Shown here: in pieces, positions 1 through 11,598 of the stretch | How positions within the stretch are numbered: position 1 is the first letter of the stretch | Layout of the letters: every line of letters begins with the position of its first letter | Assembly (NCBI GenBank): GCA_001929475.1 | Contig: LXFE01000239.1 | Coordinates: 1-59,945, forward strand | Direction of reading: 5' to 3' | DNA length: 59,945 bases | From: Neolecta irregularis DAH-3 | Taxonomy: Eukaryota | The notes under the pieces: generated by a model | Seen by the model: the letters and a program-made list of their open reading frames with translations, nothing else | The model's database searches: none | Told to the model about the DNA's origin: nothing | Position numbers and translations under genes: made by a program

Positions 1-66
1 ATTAGATGTATTAGATGTATTAGATGTATTAGATGTATTAGATGTATTAGATGTATTAGATGTATT
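1..66. repeat. Perfect 9-bp tandem repeat (ATTAGATGT)x7+, encodes (SNT)n on the minus strand
   Basis: Directly visible and in frame with the GCIP-like ORF (...HTSGNTSNTSNT...). Confidence 0.95.
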
Positions 67-886
67 TCCAGAGGTATGTCTTTGATTGAATCGACGCGTT
101 CCGATAGCTGTATACAACAACTTTACCGTCTTGAGCTCTTTGACACATTCCCTAGCATACGTCTCTTCCTTGTCTGACAATTCAAATTTCTCAAATCCAA
201 ATCCTTCGTCATCCCAGTCCTCCAAAGACCCTTCAATCCAGCGTTCAAGCTCACCAATCCCATCATCCAAAATATCAATATAGTGTTGCAACTTGAGCAA
301 AGCATAGCCTACTACACCCATCTCAATCATTTCCTCGAGTCGATCACACGCATCCCAAATCACACCCGTAGACGATACCCGGTCCCTCCGTTCTAATCGA
401 TCCACAAGATACTTTGCTCCAGATCTAGGAGGTCGCCCGCCAATACCATCACAAACCAGCGTTTCCATACCGTCAAATACACAACAAATCAGATATCTGA
501 TCTCCTCGTAGTAAAATCGCCCTACCGTCATCGGACTCAGTGTCCGAAAGGCGGCAACCAGCCCTGGAAGCGTACTCGATACTTCAAACAGACATTTCGT
601 CGCCACACTTTGCGTTATCGGAGGACGAAGCGCGACAGATAGTTGGCTCGAGTGCGATCGTAACAGTCGGCATATATCTATAAATACCGACAAAATAGGC
701 TCGGTAGACTCTTGCTCGGATATTTTTGGTTCCAGACTGCCCCGGTGTAATTCAACTAGTCCAAGAAAAGAGTTGACCGAATCTTTTACAGGTTCTATGT
801 TAGTCTTGGTACTGTACGTCTATACCTGATTTCGGATTTATACTGTCATCGTCTGTGTTGCATTCTATACCGTTGCATTCAAACAT
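1..886 (-). CDS. GCIP/CCNDBP1 (Grap2 and cyclin-D-interacting) family protein, 3' end runs off the window
   Basis: Minus-strand frame is open from about 794 to base 1, so it is missing from the ORF track (no stop in the window). It reads ...SSTGVIWDACDRLEEMIEMGVVGYA...ILDDGIGELERWIEG..., resembling the GCIP 'TGxVWxACD' motif. Putative ATG at 886, with a ~31-nt GT..CTAAC..AG intron at about 795-825; the start is uncertain. Confidence 0.6.
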
Positions 887-908
887 TGGTGGTAACCAAA
901 CCTCCACC

Positions 909-3082
909 ATGACTCTATCCGATGATCCCAAACCAGATATGGTTATATCTCTACGATATTCAAATGACCACCTCTCAGAACTAAAATCACAATTGGAGAA
1001 ACTCGTTTTAGCTATTCAAAGCGCAGGATTACTTGTTCAGTGTCGACAAGGAACTCGCACGTCGCTCCTTTTATTCATTAAATGTCCTGAAGCAAGGATT
1101 ACCCAAGAATCGCAAAAATCAAGGTACCCAAATTATCTATTAAATTGACGTCAAGACTGCAAGATTGGCTGCATGGCGTTCGAATCGCCAATCCTGACGA
1201 GAATTTATACCGTTCAATTAAATCGGATCCGCTCACACAAGCTGAAAGACTGAGATTAGTCTACAATCTCCTTACATCGCCGGACGGCGTTGGCTTGACT
1301 CCCAAGTTTGGAGCATGGACCATGGTCGAAAGTATATTTCCCTTGCACGACAGCGAGTTCGATCGGGTAAGCCGTTGCTGTACCAGCGTGTTCACACTAT
1401 AGGAATGGCTCCATCGAATTTCAGGTAAATGGGCCATCGACGATCACGAGCTCGATACTATACGAGCCCAATTTGGTGAGAAAATAGCTTATTATTTCGC
1501 ATTTCTGCAGTTTTATTTCCTCTGGCTGATAATTCCCTCTCTCGTTGGAATCTTTTCATACATTTTTCTCGCAAGCTATTCCATTGTTTTTTCCATTAGC
1601 ATAGGAATATGGTCAATGGTCTTTATAGAAGTTTGGCGAAGAAGAGAAATTGATTTGGCTGTGCGCTGGGGTGTAAACGGTTGTTCGGCACTGAACCATC
1701 AACGAGCTGCGTTCGTCGCGAAAAAAATACATGGAATCCAAGATCCTACCGATCAATATCTCTTTTTCAAACAGGTTTTACGTCGATTGGCTGCTGTGCC
1801 CGTTGCTTTGATCGCCGGGCTAGTGTTGACTGTTATCCTATCTGTCATCTTTTCCATTGAAGTCTTCCTAAACGAACAATTCCTATTAGGAAAGCAAAAG
1901 CTTTATCTCAGGATTTTGGTATCAATATACTTGCACCTTGCTGATTTACAGACATATCTTCCAACGGTGCTATTTGCCGCAATCGTTCCGATATTTTCCA
2001 AGCTATATACAAGTATTTCTCAAAGGCTTACTATCGCCGAAGACCACGAAACGGACGCATCCTTTGAAACCGCATGGACTCACAAGGTCTTTCTATTAAA
2101 TTTTCTCACAGCATACATGAGTTTGTTTTTGACGGCATATATTTATGGTACAACGTACTTTAAATAATTGTTGACGCTCAAGTACCTTTTGGTCAGCAAG
2201 TTGTTCCCAAATTGGATTTTCTAGGTCTCTCAGATGCGCGTGCAACTCGCTTTGAAATTAACCCTAATCGACTACGGCATCAACTCATTTACTACCTCGT
2301 CACCGCGCAAGCCCTCAATGCCGTACAGCAGCTCGTCGTTCCATATCTCATGGGTCGAGCAACAACGCACGCAAAAAACCTTCAGACTAAAATCACCAAA
2401 AAATCTCAATCAAACCAAGACCGAAAAAGTGAAGCCTCGTTCTTGGAACGTGCGCGGAATGAAGCAAATCTTCCAGACTACAAGATTTACACAGATTTCT
2501 CCGAGATGGTCATTCAGGTTTGCCTCTTGATGATTGATTCTGATTATTCTGTTTGGATATATCGTCTTATTCGGCACCATCTGGCCTATCACACCATTAT
2601 GTGCATTGGCCAACAATCTATTTGAATCTCGAACGGATGCAGCTAAACTATGCATCAACGTTCGAAGACCCGTACCTCGTCGAACAGATTCCATTGGTCC
2701 GTGGTTGGACATCCTCAGCTTCCTCTGTTTCGTAGGGTCAATTGTCTCACCGAGTATCGTTCACCTCTTTCGAGGTGGTGAACCCTCAAACAAATCGCTC
2801 CTCAGCATGATGATTGTAATCTTCTTTTCAGAAAACATTTTCTTCATGGCGCAAAACTTTACCCGGTCGATTTCAAAAGCCGTTCCTACCTCTGGACAAC
2901 GCGCAATCAATAACACGGTATTCGCAAATCGAATGGTTTATTATGAACGACTTGAAAAGAAGATCTCGGCCGACGATCCCGTACCTAAAGAGCAACATTT
3001 CGGAAATTTTTGGGCAACGGACGGATCTCAAAATGTCATCGCACAATTAGAAATCTCAATGACCGAAAAGAAGAAACAGTAA
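909..3082 (+). CDS. IST2: Anoctamin/TMEM16 family scramblase-channel (Ist2-like), multi-exon
   Basis: RLQDWLHG, ERLRLVYNLLT, FPLHD, FGEKIAYYFAFL, DFSEMVIQFGY, NNLFESRTDAAKL, RRPVPRRTDSIGPWLDIL motifs across successive exons. Confidence 0.9.
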
Positions 3083-3191
3083 CCTGTTACATATCAGTTT
3101 AGAGCATTAGGCGTTATATAGCAGATCGGCATTTAGCAAATTGAATTGGTGACGCGTCCTCACCTCCGCCTCTCATCGCCATTTTTTAGAA

Positions 3192-4649
3192 ATGGCTCCC
3201 GACCTCAGTTCCTTCAATTTAGAATATAAAGGTTCATCGTCCAAGGATAAGAGCAAAAAAAGCGTTCTAGATCCACAGAAAGCTCTGACTTTGGCATTAA
3301 CTGCAGTTATTCGTCACTAATAGTAGTACTATATCCAAAAGATCGAACAAGCCTCTTTAAAAATAAATGAAAAAACACAAAATCTTCGTCGTTTAGAAGC
3401 CCAGAGGAATTCATTGAATGCAAAAGGCACGATATATAATGTACCAATTTTGACTATCTAGTTCGCTTACTTCGAGAAGAGTTGCAGTTGCTGCAAGAGC
3501 CTTGTTCTTGGGTTGGAGAAGTAGTCAAGCCAATGGGAAAAGACAAAGTTCTTGTCAAGGTATACATCGTAGCTTCTCTGCTTACCCGAGGTTCACCCAG
3601 AAGGCAAATACGTCGTTGAAATGAGTCCTGATATCGATGTCAAAGATCTCAAACCTTCAATTCGAGTTGCTCTTCGAAATGATTCATATGTGATTCATAA
3701 AATCCTACCGAATAAAGTCGATCCCCTTGTGTCTTTGATGATGGTTGAGAAAGTTCCCGATAGTACTTATGAAATGATTGGAGGTCTCGATAAACAAATC
3801 AAGGAAATCAAAGAAGTGATCGAATTACCTGTAAAACACCCAGAACTGTTTGAAAGTTTGGGTATTGCTCAGCCAAAAGGTGTATTATTATATGGTCCTC
3901 CCGGAACTGGAAAGACCTTACTCGCAAGAGCAGTTGCGCACCATACCGATTGTCGCTTCATCCGTGTTTCTGGCTCTGAATTGTATTCCGTATTTTAACA
4001 TGTCTAATGGATTCAGAGTACAAAAGTATATCGGAGAAGGCAGTCGAATGGTGCGAGAGTTGTTTGTGATGGCCCGTGAACATGCTCCCTCGATTATTTT
4101 CATGGACGAAATTGATTCAATCGGTTCAAGTCGAACGGAATCTGGAACCGGTGGTGGTGACTCTGAAGTTCAGCGAACAATGATGGAGTTGCTCAATCAG
4201 TTGGATGGGTTTGAGTCACACAAAAATATCAAGGCAAGTTTAAGGCTAGACTCTGCTGATAGCATTAGGTTATCATGGCCACGAATCGTATCGACATACT
4301 TGATCCCGCCCTGCTGCGTCCAGGTCGAATTGACCGCAAAATTGAATTCCCACCGCCAACAGTAGAGGCCCGTGCGGATATTTTGAAGATTCACTCGCGG
4401 TCTATGAATTTGACGCGAGGCATTGATTTACACAAGGTTGCAGAAAAGCTGAATGGAGCATCTGGGGCAGAAGTAAAAGGTGTTTGTACCGAGGCAGGAA
4501 TGTACGCACTTCGTGAGAGACGTGTTCACGTTACGGTAAGTTCATTTTTTTGCATGCTAACAGTATTATAGCAAGAGGATTTTGAAATGGCTGTTGGAAA
4601 GGTCATGGCAAAGAGTGGTGACGATTCTGCTATGAGATTCTTCAAATAG
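3192..4649 (+). CDS. RPT6: 26S proteasome AAA-ATPase subunit Rpt6
   Basis: [18 protein letters not shown], Walker [16 protein letters not shown], Walker [25 protein letters not shown]. Confidence 0.97.
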
Positions 4650-4903
4650 TCCGTATAATCAATAGTTTCGAATTGCTCCATGAACGATGGTCTAGTGCTT
4701 TGCCAACGTTTGCGATCTGATCTTCACTTTAATCACTTGCAGATTTTAGGGCCAATTGAGTGAGCAGCGGAATTTAAAACCCACCCGTTAGAGTCGCGCT
4801 ATAATTGTCTTCATGCCCAACTCCTTGTTAAAACAATTATCCGGCTGTACTCCTTGATCTTGCTCCTGAAAGCGCGAATCTTTTCCAATTAGCACTACAG
4901 GCC

Positions 4904-7900
4904 ATGCCCGTCAGTGTCAGCGCAGACGACGACTTTAACAGTAAGCCTTCCCTTCAACATTCTCGAAGCCGCTCTCGCAGTACATCTTCAGAGCCAAATA
5001 TCGGTTCGTCTCCATATGCCGGAAGCAGCGGGTCTGCAGCGACTATCCGGCGATTGATTCAAGCATCAGAAATGAAAGAAGCGACCAAGTCAACAGGAAC
5101 TGCAATTTACTCCGAATCGACATCAGCGCTTCCTTCTCCTTCTCTGCAGCGCTCGAATATACTCGAAAGTCAAATGTCTGGTTCTGATGTTTCAGTGCGG
5201 AGGCCGCAGGAAGAGTCCAAGAAACAGACGACTCGGCCCCGAAAGTCTCTCGCCAGATTAGCTTCCCATTCAGCGAATAGAGGTTATTTCAGCACAGATG
5301 ACCATGAGAGTGAAGTGGATGCAGACGTAGAAGCTGTAAAGGCTGAATTGGAGAGAGATTGGTGCCGCAGAAAACGAGATGTTTCAGATCACAAAAGACG
5401 AGACACTAATCGCACATTTGAATATCGCAATCACGAAGAAACAGATGAAAGTGATATAGATGAAGATATCCGTCTGGAATCTGGTGTTAATGGCGCTGAC
5501 CAGCGGGCAGAGAACTCAGATTCCAGAAGCCTGTCTTCAGACCACAGCTTTACTCTCAAGGTACGGTTGAATATATGCGAATTAATGGGTTAGGACCGCC
5601 AAGAAGCTATCAATATTACACATCCTTTTGGTTTAAGGCTGTGGAAACCGGCCATCTATAAGAAATTTCGCTCAGTGCAACGTACAGCAGAAGCAGACAT
5701 TCACTCTGCTCCAGGAAGCCGAATAGGAGAACATCACTTTACCATCGGTAATCTGTTTTATACTCTTGTCTTTGGATGGTGGCTTGCACTTGCTGCATTA
5801 TCCTTATCGGCTATCGTCTGTCTGTTTTACTGTGTTTCTCGCAGTGCGATAGACTACGCGCACGTTTTTCTCGGACTTTCACGCTACTTGTTTTTTCCTT
5901 TTGGAAAGTTTGTAGAACTTCGCCAAGAAGAAGAATATGCAGAAGAAGACGCGGGAGAAGGATTGAGCATTGCCGAATACCAAAATTACGGATCTAATGA
6001 CATTGAACGAGGAAGGAACCTTTCCAACTCAGCTCGACCCAGGAGTCTGATTGGTAACCGTCGATCAAGCATTGATAGCCATTCAGAGACTGAATCTCTC
6101 ATGGGCCAATATCGTGATCGGGATAGACAACATTACAAGTCTCGAGTTAGAAAACATCGATTATTCGGCCGTGGAGAATGGAACTTGGGTCGCATTATCT
6201 TCTTCATGTTATTCTATGGGCTCATGAGTATGTTTATTATTTCACAACGCGGCTAACACGTCAAGCACCGTTACTACTTCTCGTATCTGCAATCAATTGG
6301 CTTTTCATCTTCACTATCCCAATATCTCGTGTTATGTTTACTCTCTTCTCGCATATTCGTCGACACCCGCTTGCAATTACCTTCCATCCAGATATCAGTA
6401 CATCACGGGCATATAAAAGGCCAGACGGCGAGACTTCAACCGTTCTTCTTTGCATGTATAGGGCTGTGCGTTGGAAATACTACAAGTTCACTGTCGATGG
6501 AACAAATATCTTCTTTATTAACCTCATGTTTCTAGTTATATTTGTCATAGTGGACGAATTCGTGCTTGGGCCTGCCATTGGACACGATTCGATCATTTCT
6601 AATCCCGCACTCATATTTGTTTTAGCGTTATTTTCCATTATTCCACTGGCGTATTTTATTGGCATGGCGGTTGCGTCAATTTCTGCTCAGTCTTCAATAG
6701 GAATGGGTGCTGCAATCAACGCTTTTTTTGGTTCCGTTGTCGAAGTATTCTTATACTGCGTCGCTTTGACCCAAGGAAAAGGTCGCCTGGTAGAGGGAAG
6801 CATTATTGGAAGCGTTTTAGCGGGTATTCTGCTAATGCCAGGTTCATCCATGTGCGCTGGAGCCCTGAAGAGGAAAACTCAACGCTTTAATGCAAAGAGT
6901 GCAGGTGTGCTCAGCTTTGGATTATTCCCTAATACCAGGTGTTACTTCAACAATGCTTCTGTTTGCTATCCTTGGGGTCTTTGCCCCAACTCTCTTCTAT
7001 CAGATCTATGGAACGGTATTTTATGTTTTGGGCGTCGTCTAATGTCTAGTACGAGTTAAGATGTGCGAAATGTTCCAGCAAACACCAGGAAGATTGTCAA
7101 CGTTGCTACTTTGATCAAACGCCAGCAGTCAATGATCCTTTCTACCACACTTCAGTCAAACCTTTTTCGTACATTTGTTCAGCCTTCCTTCTCCTCTCAT
7201 ATCTCATCGGACTGTGGTTCACGCTGCGAACACATGCTGCTCAAATTTGGCAAACCAATACGCCTGCACAACCACCAGAACACTTTGATCATCGAGCTGA
7301 AGGATACAGATCATACACTGGCACTGGACATCCTCCCCTTCAATCTCCTACTATCCGGTTATCAGCCTTTCTTAACCGACTTATTCCATCTAATGTGTCC
7401 CGGCCTCCTTCCCACGCAGAATGGGTAGAAGGAGAACGGAGAAACGATATGCCTGGAAATAGGTCCGTACCCACGATCGCAGCTGGTCTGTCATCAGAGG
7501 AAAATCTCGCGCTCGCACATACTGTAGCTCGAGTCGCCGCTGAAGCTGCAACTTTGGCTGTGCGAGACCACCACACACGCCACAGATCATACTATGATCG
7601 TAAGAAGACAGCTCGGGGAACGGAAATTGAAGGTGTTGAAGAACACGAAGAAACTGGAGCACATGGTGGGCATAATGCGCCCAATTGGGGAAGAACCAAG
7701 AGCGCGGTTATTCTTCTGACTGCAACAGTCTTGTATGCAGTTATCGCAGGTGAGGCGTATTAACAAGAAACACTAATGATAGAAATCTTGGTTGATACCG
7801 TTGATGTCGTTCTCGAAAATGTCAAAATTGATGAAAAGTTTCTTGGATTTACCCTATTTGCATTGGTTCCAAATACCACCGAGTTTCTCAACGCCATATC

Positions 7901-8354
7901 TTTTGCGTTGAACGGAAACATCGCGTTAAGGTACACTGCTTTAAAAGACTTTGTTCATAGATAGCATGGAAATTGGTTCAGCATATGCTCTTCAAGTTTG
8001 TCTCTTGCAGATCCCAACTCTTGTTGCATTTAGCGCGTATATGCATTGGAATAACACGGAACTGGCGGCCTATACATTCAGGTTTCTTTTTCCTAGCTTC
8101 ACGACTAATTTCTTTAGTCTGATATTTCCTCGATGGGACTTGGTTACAGTTGTCATTTGTGTATTTCTTCTCTCGTATATGTATGGAGAAGGCAAGGGCA
8201 ACTATTTTAAAGGGTCTATCCTTGTCATGAGCTATTTTGTCGTCTTACTTGGATTTTATTATAGTCCCAACGAGGTACAATTACGCTTGTATTGTTGTAC
8301 TAATGAAAAAAGGCCGAGCACTCGTTTATTGGTAGTCTTACGCGATTTTCTTGA
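4904..8354 (+). CDS. VNX1: Vacuolar cation/H+ antiporter Vnx1 (CaCA family, DUF307 N-terminal part)
   Basis: TLKDRQEAINITHPFGLRLWKPAIYKK, GMAVASISAQSS, GSVVE, FALVPNTTEFLNAISFA motifs. Confidence 0.92.
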
Positions 8355-8491
8355 ATATTTGATTGCATGGTGTTTTGTGGGGGTATCTTGTTCTTGCTTA
8401 CATACTTGAAGAAACAGCTTTTAGTTGGTGATATACAAATAATTTTTCACATATTGAAATATGCATCCTATCCTGAACGCCAATGAATCTT

Positions 8492-8916
8492 TTAATGATC
8501 TTCTGCCTTTCTCAAGATATTATCTGATTCTCCTGGTAAACGTTCTACACGCTTTTGTTCCCAGTTGTCTAATTCCTCGTTGCTCATTTGCAGTCGCTGG
8601 GATAAGCCGAGTAGAGAATGAGTTGAATACCCAGTACTCCTCTTTGAAATCAAATTTCCTTCGATTCCGCGCAATACTAAGAGCTTCCTCCTCCGTGACC
8701 TGTAAAATAAACACGTAGCTAACAGGCCAAATCCACCTCTTTGACTTTTCGGTCATGCCGCTCGTACTTTAATGTAGTCGCGTTCTCTAACGCAAATGAT
8801 CCAGCAACCATAGTCGCCATAAACGGCATGCCGAAAAGCATAAAAGGATGTCTATTAAACATTTTCCGAGCTCTTTCATAGAATGAACTCGGCAGTCTCC
8901 ATGTGCGCCGCTGCAT
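8492..8916 (-). CDS. COX16: Cytochrome c oxidase assembly protein Cox16
   Basis: HPFMLFGMPFMATMVAGSFAL, KYERHDRKV, RRKFDFKEEYW, DNWEQKRVERLPGE; two introns. Confidence 0.9.
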
Positions 8917-9016
8917 CAATGACGCGATGTTGAAACGAATCCCGTGATAAAAAGTACCAACGTTGAAATCATGTACGTCGATTCATGATGGACAACGAGG
9001 ATATTAATCATTGGCG

Positions 9017-10103
9017 ATGGATTTGACTGTTTCTTTGTACAAGATTCATGCACATCAAGGGTTACCTTCGAATCTCCCGCCAGCCCCAATTCTCCTGATC
9101 AAACGAATCAATTTCATATCCGGGACCCAACCGCGAGCGAATTTACAGGGACTAGTACAATCTACACCGGATCGGTACAAGTATTCGTCTTTAATATTCT
9201 AGGGTAACATTTGTAGACTGATTCTCAGTGATGGAGAATATAATATGCGCGGTACAAATGGAATCGGGGCTTCGAGACACTAATCAAGGAAAGCATTATT
9301 GCATTCTAGTTTAAATTTTCTGGTTTCATCGGATCCGCCCTTGATTAAAGTATCTGGACGAATCAAGTTGGATGAATACAGTACTTTTACGACTACTCGG
9401 AAGAACGGCGCTGGATTTGTTCGGTATATTTTGATCACGTCTGTGGTTCCTGTTGAACATACGGCGGGTATGCGAGTGGGAGGGTATGGGACGCCTGATG
9501 CGTGTGGAACGGGGAGTGCCTCACAGACCGTCTCAGTCATAGACAAGCCATTTCCTACTGCAATCCCATTCGACCAAACAACATTGAGAAATATATGTTA
9601 TTTAAAAGAATTGGAGACGAAGAAACATCGGGATATTGTGGGTAAACATTGTCATCCCTTCTTTTGCTCAGAAAACAGATATCTTTGCTGTTGTAACGTT
9701 TGTCGACAAAATTGTAAACAGACAAGGCGTAAGCCATACTCTCACCAAACCGGCGCTCTAACCCCGAACAAGTCTCAAAAACGGGACATTGATTTAATGG
9801 ATCTAACGAATCCTACTCCAACGAGATTAAGCGGTATCTCTTCCCCATCAACGAGTATAACTTAGCTGACATTTCCTTTTTCCGGGGAGGGCAGTCTGGC
9901 AAGATGTTTCTGCAGTCACCTTTCAAATTGGAGATGTAGTATTTTATCAACATCTTACAGCATGGAATTATCGTAATACGATGACTTTAAATGCATTTAT
10001 CCAACGCAACCCGAGAAAAGAAAACCCGAGAATTTTTATAAATCCTCAGTGTCCAGAGACAAATCAATTGCGAGAATGGTATTACCTTTTTAAACCGAGT
10101 TGA
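9017..10103 (+). CDS. Short RPA1-like OB-fold protein A (RPA70N-like plus one DBD-B-like OB fold), about 288 aa
   Basis: Exons 9017-9180, 9217-9251, 9294-9641, 9679-9728, 9773-9833, 9895-10103 are all GT-AG and splice in frame (867 nt). Product: PILLIKRI..DRYKLILSDGEYNMRALLHSSLNFLV ... VDIFAVVTFVD..QKRDIDLMDLT..TRLSVWQD..FQIGDVVFY..IFINPQCPETNQLREWY. Confidence 0.7.
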
Positions 10104-10501
10104 CGATTCTTGGTGGCGGAGTCGAGAGACCAGTAATCACAATCATACTACGCCATGAGAATGGTATCGAATGAGATAGTATCGGGATTGACCCGACACT
10201 CTTTTAATATTCGAAGCAAAGCGAGTATAACGACCGACATTACCTCGAGAATGATAGAAGCTACATAAAAATCCAACTTGAAGGCCTTTAGGTGTCGACT
10301 TTATCACAAGATAAGAAACGTAAAGAGAAGAAACTAATAATACCTGATTTTCCCACCTTCCAACAAGAAAATCCACCGTGATACACGTAAACTAGCAATA
10401 CCTGATTTTCTCAAATTTCCACTTTCCCAACAAAAAGAATCATACTCGTTCCAAGAAAATATCAAGTCCAACTAGAACGAGTACATCTATACCGCCGAGA
10501 A

Positions 10502-11478
10502 ATGACAAGGAAAATCACGATAGGCGCACTAAATTTAATACACAATGAAATCCCCGTCTTTCAACCCCTCTTGATCATCAAAAAAATCAAAAAACAAGAG
10601 GACAGTGAAATTGAAAAAAGAGTAGGATTTCCATGCCCATCACGATTCCGGTACCTTCAAAAGAAAGACGTAATTAACGTAAAGATTAGTGTTAAGTGAT
10701 GGGAAATATAATATGAGAGGTAAATTCTGGTTGAAAGTAGAGTAACACCAGGCGAATTAGTAAATTCGTTGCATTGGATGATCGAAAACGGTGATGACAA
10801 AATGGAAAAATTGAGTGAGGGGAGTATTATCATTCTTTTGAAATTTCATTTATTTCAAGTTTTTCGAAAGAGGGATGGGGTGAGTGTCAATTATATCTAC
10901 ATTGAAGAAATAAAATTACTCTCCCAAAAAATAAAGTTGGTAAAAGAAAAAGCACCTCTTGGTATAGTTTAACCGTTAGAATAAGAGTATTTCGCCTTTT
11001 AGTGTGCGGGCGATGGAGAGTGTTGTTCCGCCTGGGATTATTGGAAGAGTACGGACGTTGGCGGAGGTATTCGAAGAGAAAACTACGCCGGTGAATACTA
11101 AAGTAGGTAAGGAAGTCCAAGGAGAGAAAGTGTGTGTTGAAGGGTAGTTATTCTTGTTGTTGTGAAGAAGGTATTTGGGACGCGAGTTGCTGGACCGTTG
11201 GGTATAACCAGAGATCTCGAGGTTCAAGATACTTCAAAGGATGAAAGTATCAAGATTTCGGGTAAAACAAAAGGCTGGGTATTCGACTGACAATAGTATT
11301 TCAAGATGTTTCGAGTCTTGAATTTTATATTGGAGATGTATTGTTGTATGAAAACGTTACCGTGAGACGAATTCGAAATGAGGGGTTGTTGAATGCATTT
11401 CGTGAAGAAGGGACACTTTCACCGCGGGTGATAATTAATCCGAATTGCAAAGAAGGTAAAATTTTGCGACGATGGTGA
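10502..11478 (+). CDS. Short RPA1-like OB-fold protein B, tandem paralog of A, about 264 aa
   Basis: Exons 10502-10650, 10685-10719, 10752-10939, 10980-11106, 11148-11261, 11297-11478 splice in frame; a further exon to the stop at 11546 is possible. Product: ITIGALNLIH..QPLLIIKKI..SRFRLVLSDGKYNMRGEL ... ITRDLEVQDTS..IKISVFQDVSSLEFYIGDVLLY..LLNAF..PRVIINPNCKEGKILRRW. Confidence 0.65.
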
Positions 11479-11598
11479 GTAAAATTCAGAGGCGAGTTTA
11501 TTTTTTTTGATGGTATAGGTTCCTATGTTCAACCAGTAAGCTGTAGCTGCCCAGCGCAGAATGTACATCCGTATATAACAGAATACACTTTTTTAAAA

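Noticed and set aside
1-66. ATTAGATGT array as a telomere
   Set aside because: It is in frame with an open minus-strand CDS, lacks G-runs and abuts housekeeping genes.
10887-11227. Minus-strand ORFs 10887..11120 and 10976..11227
   Set aside because: They are antisense shadows of the spliced plus-strand RPA1-like paralog B.
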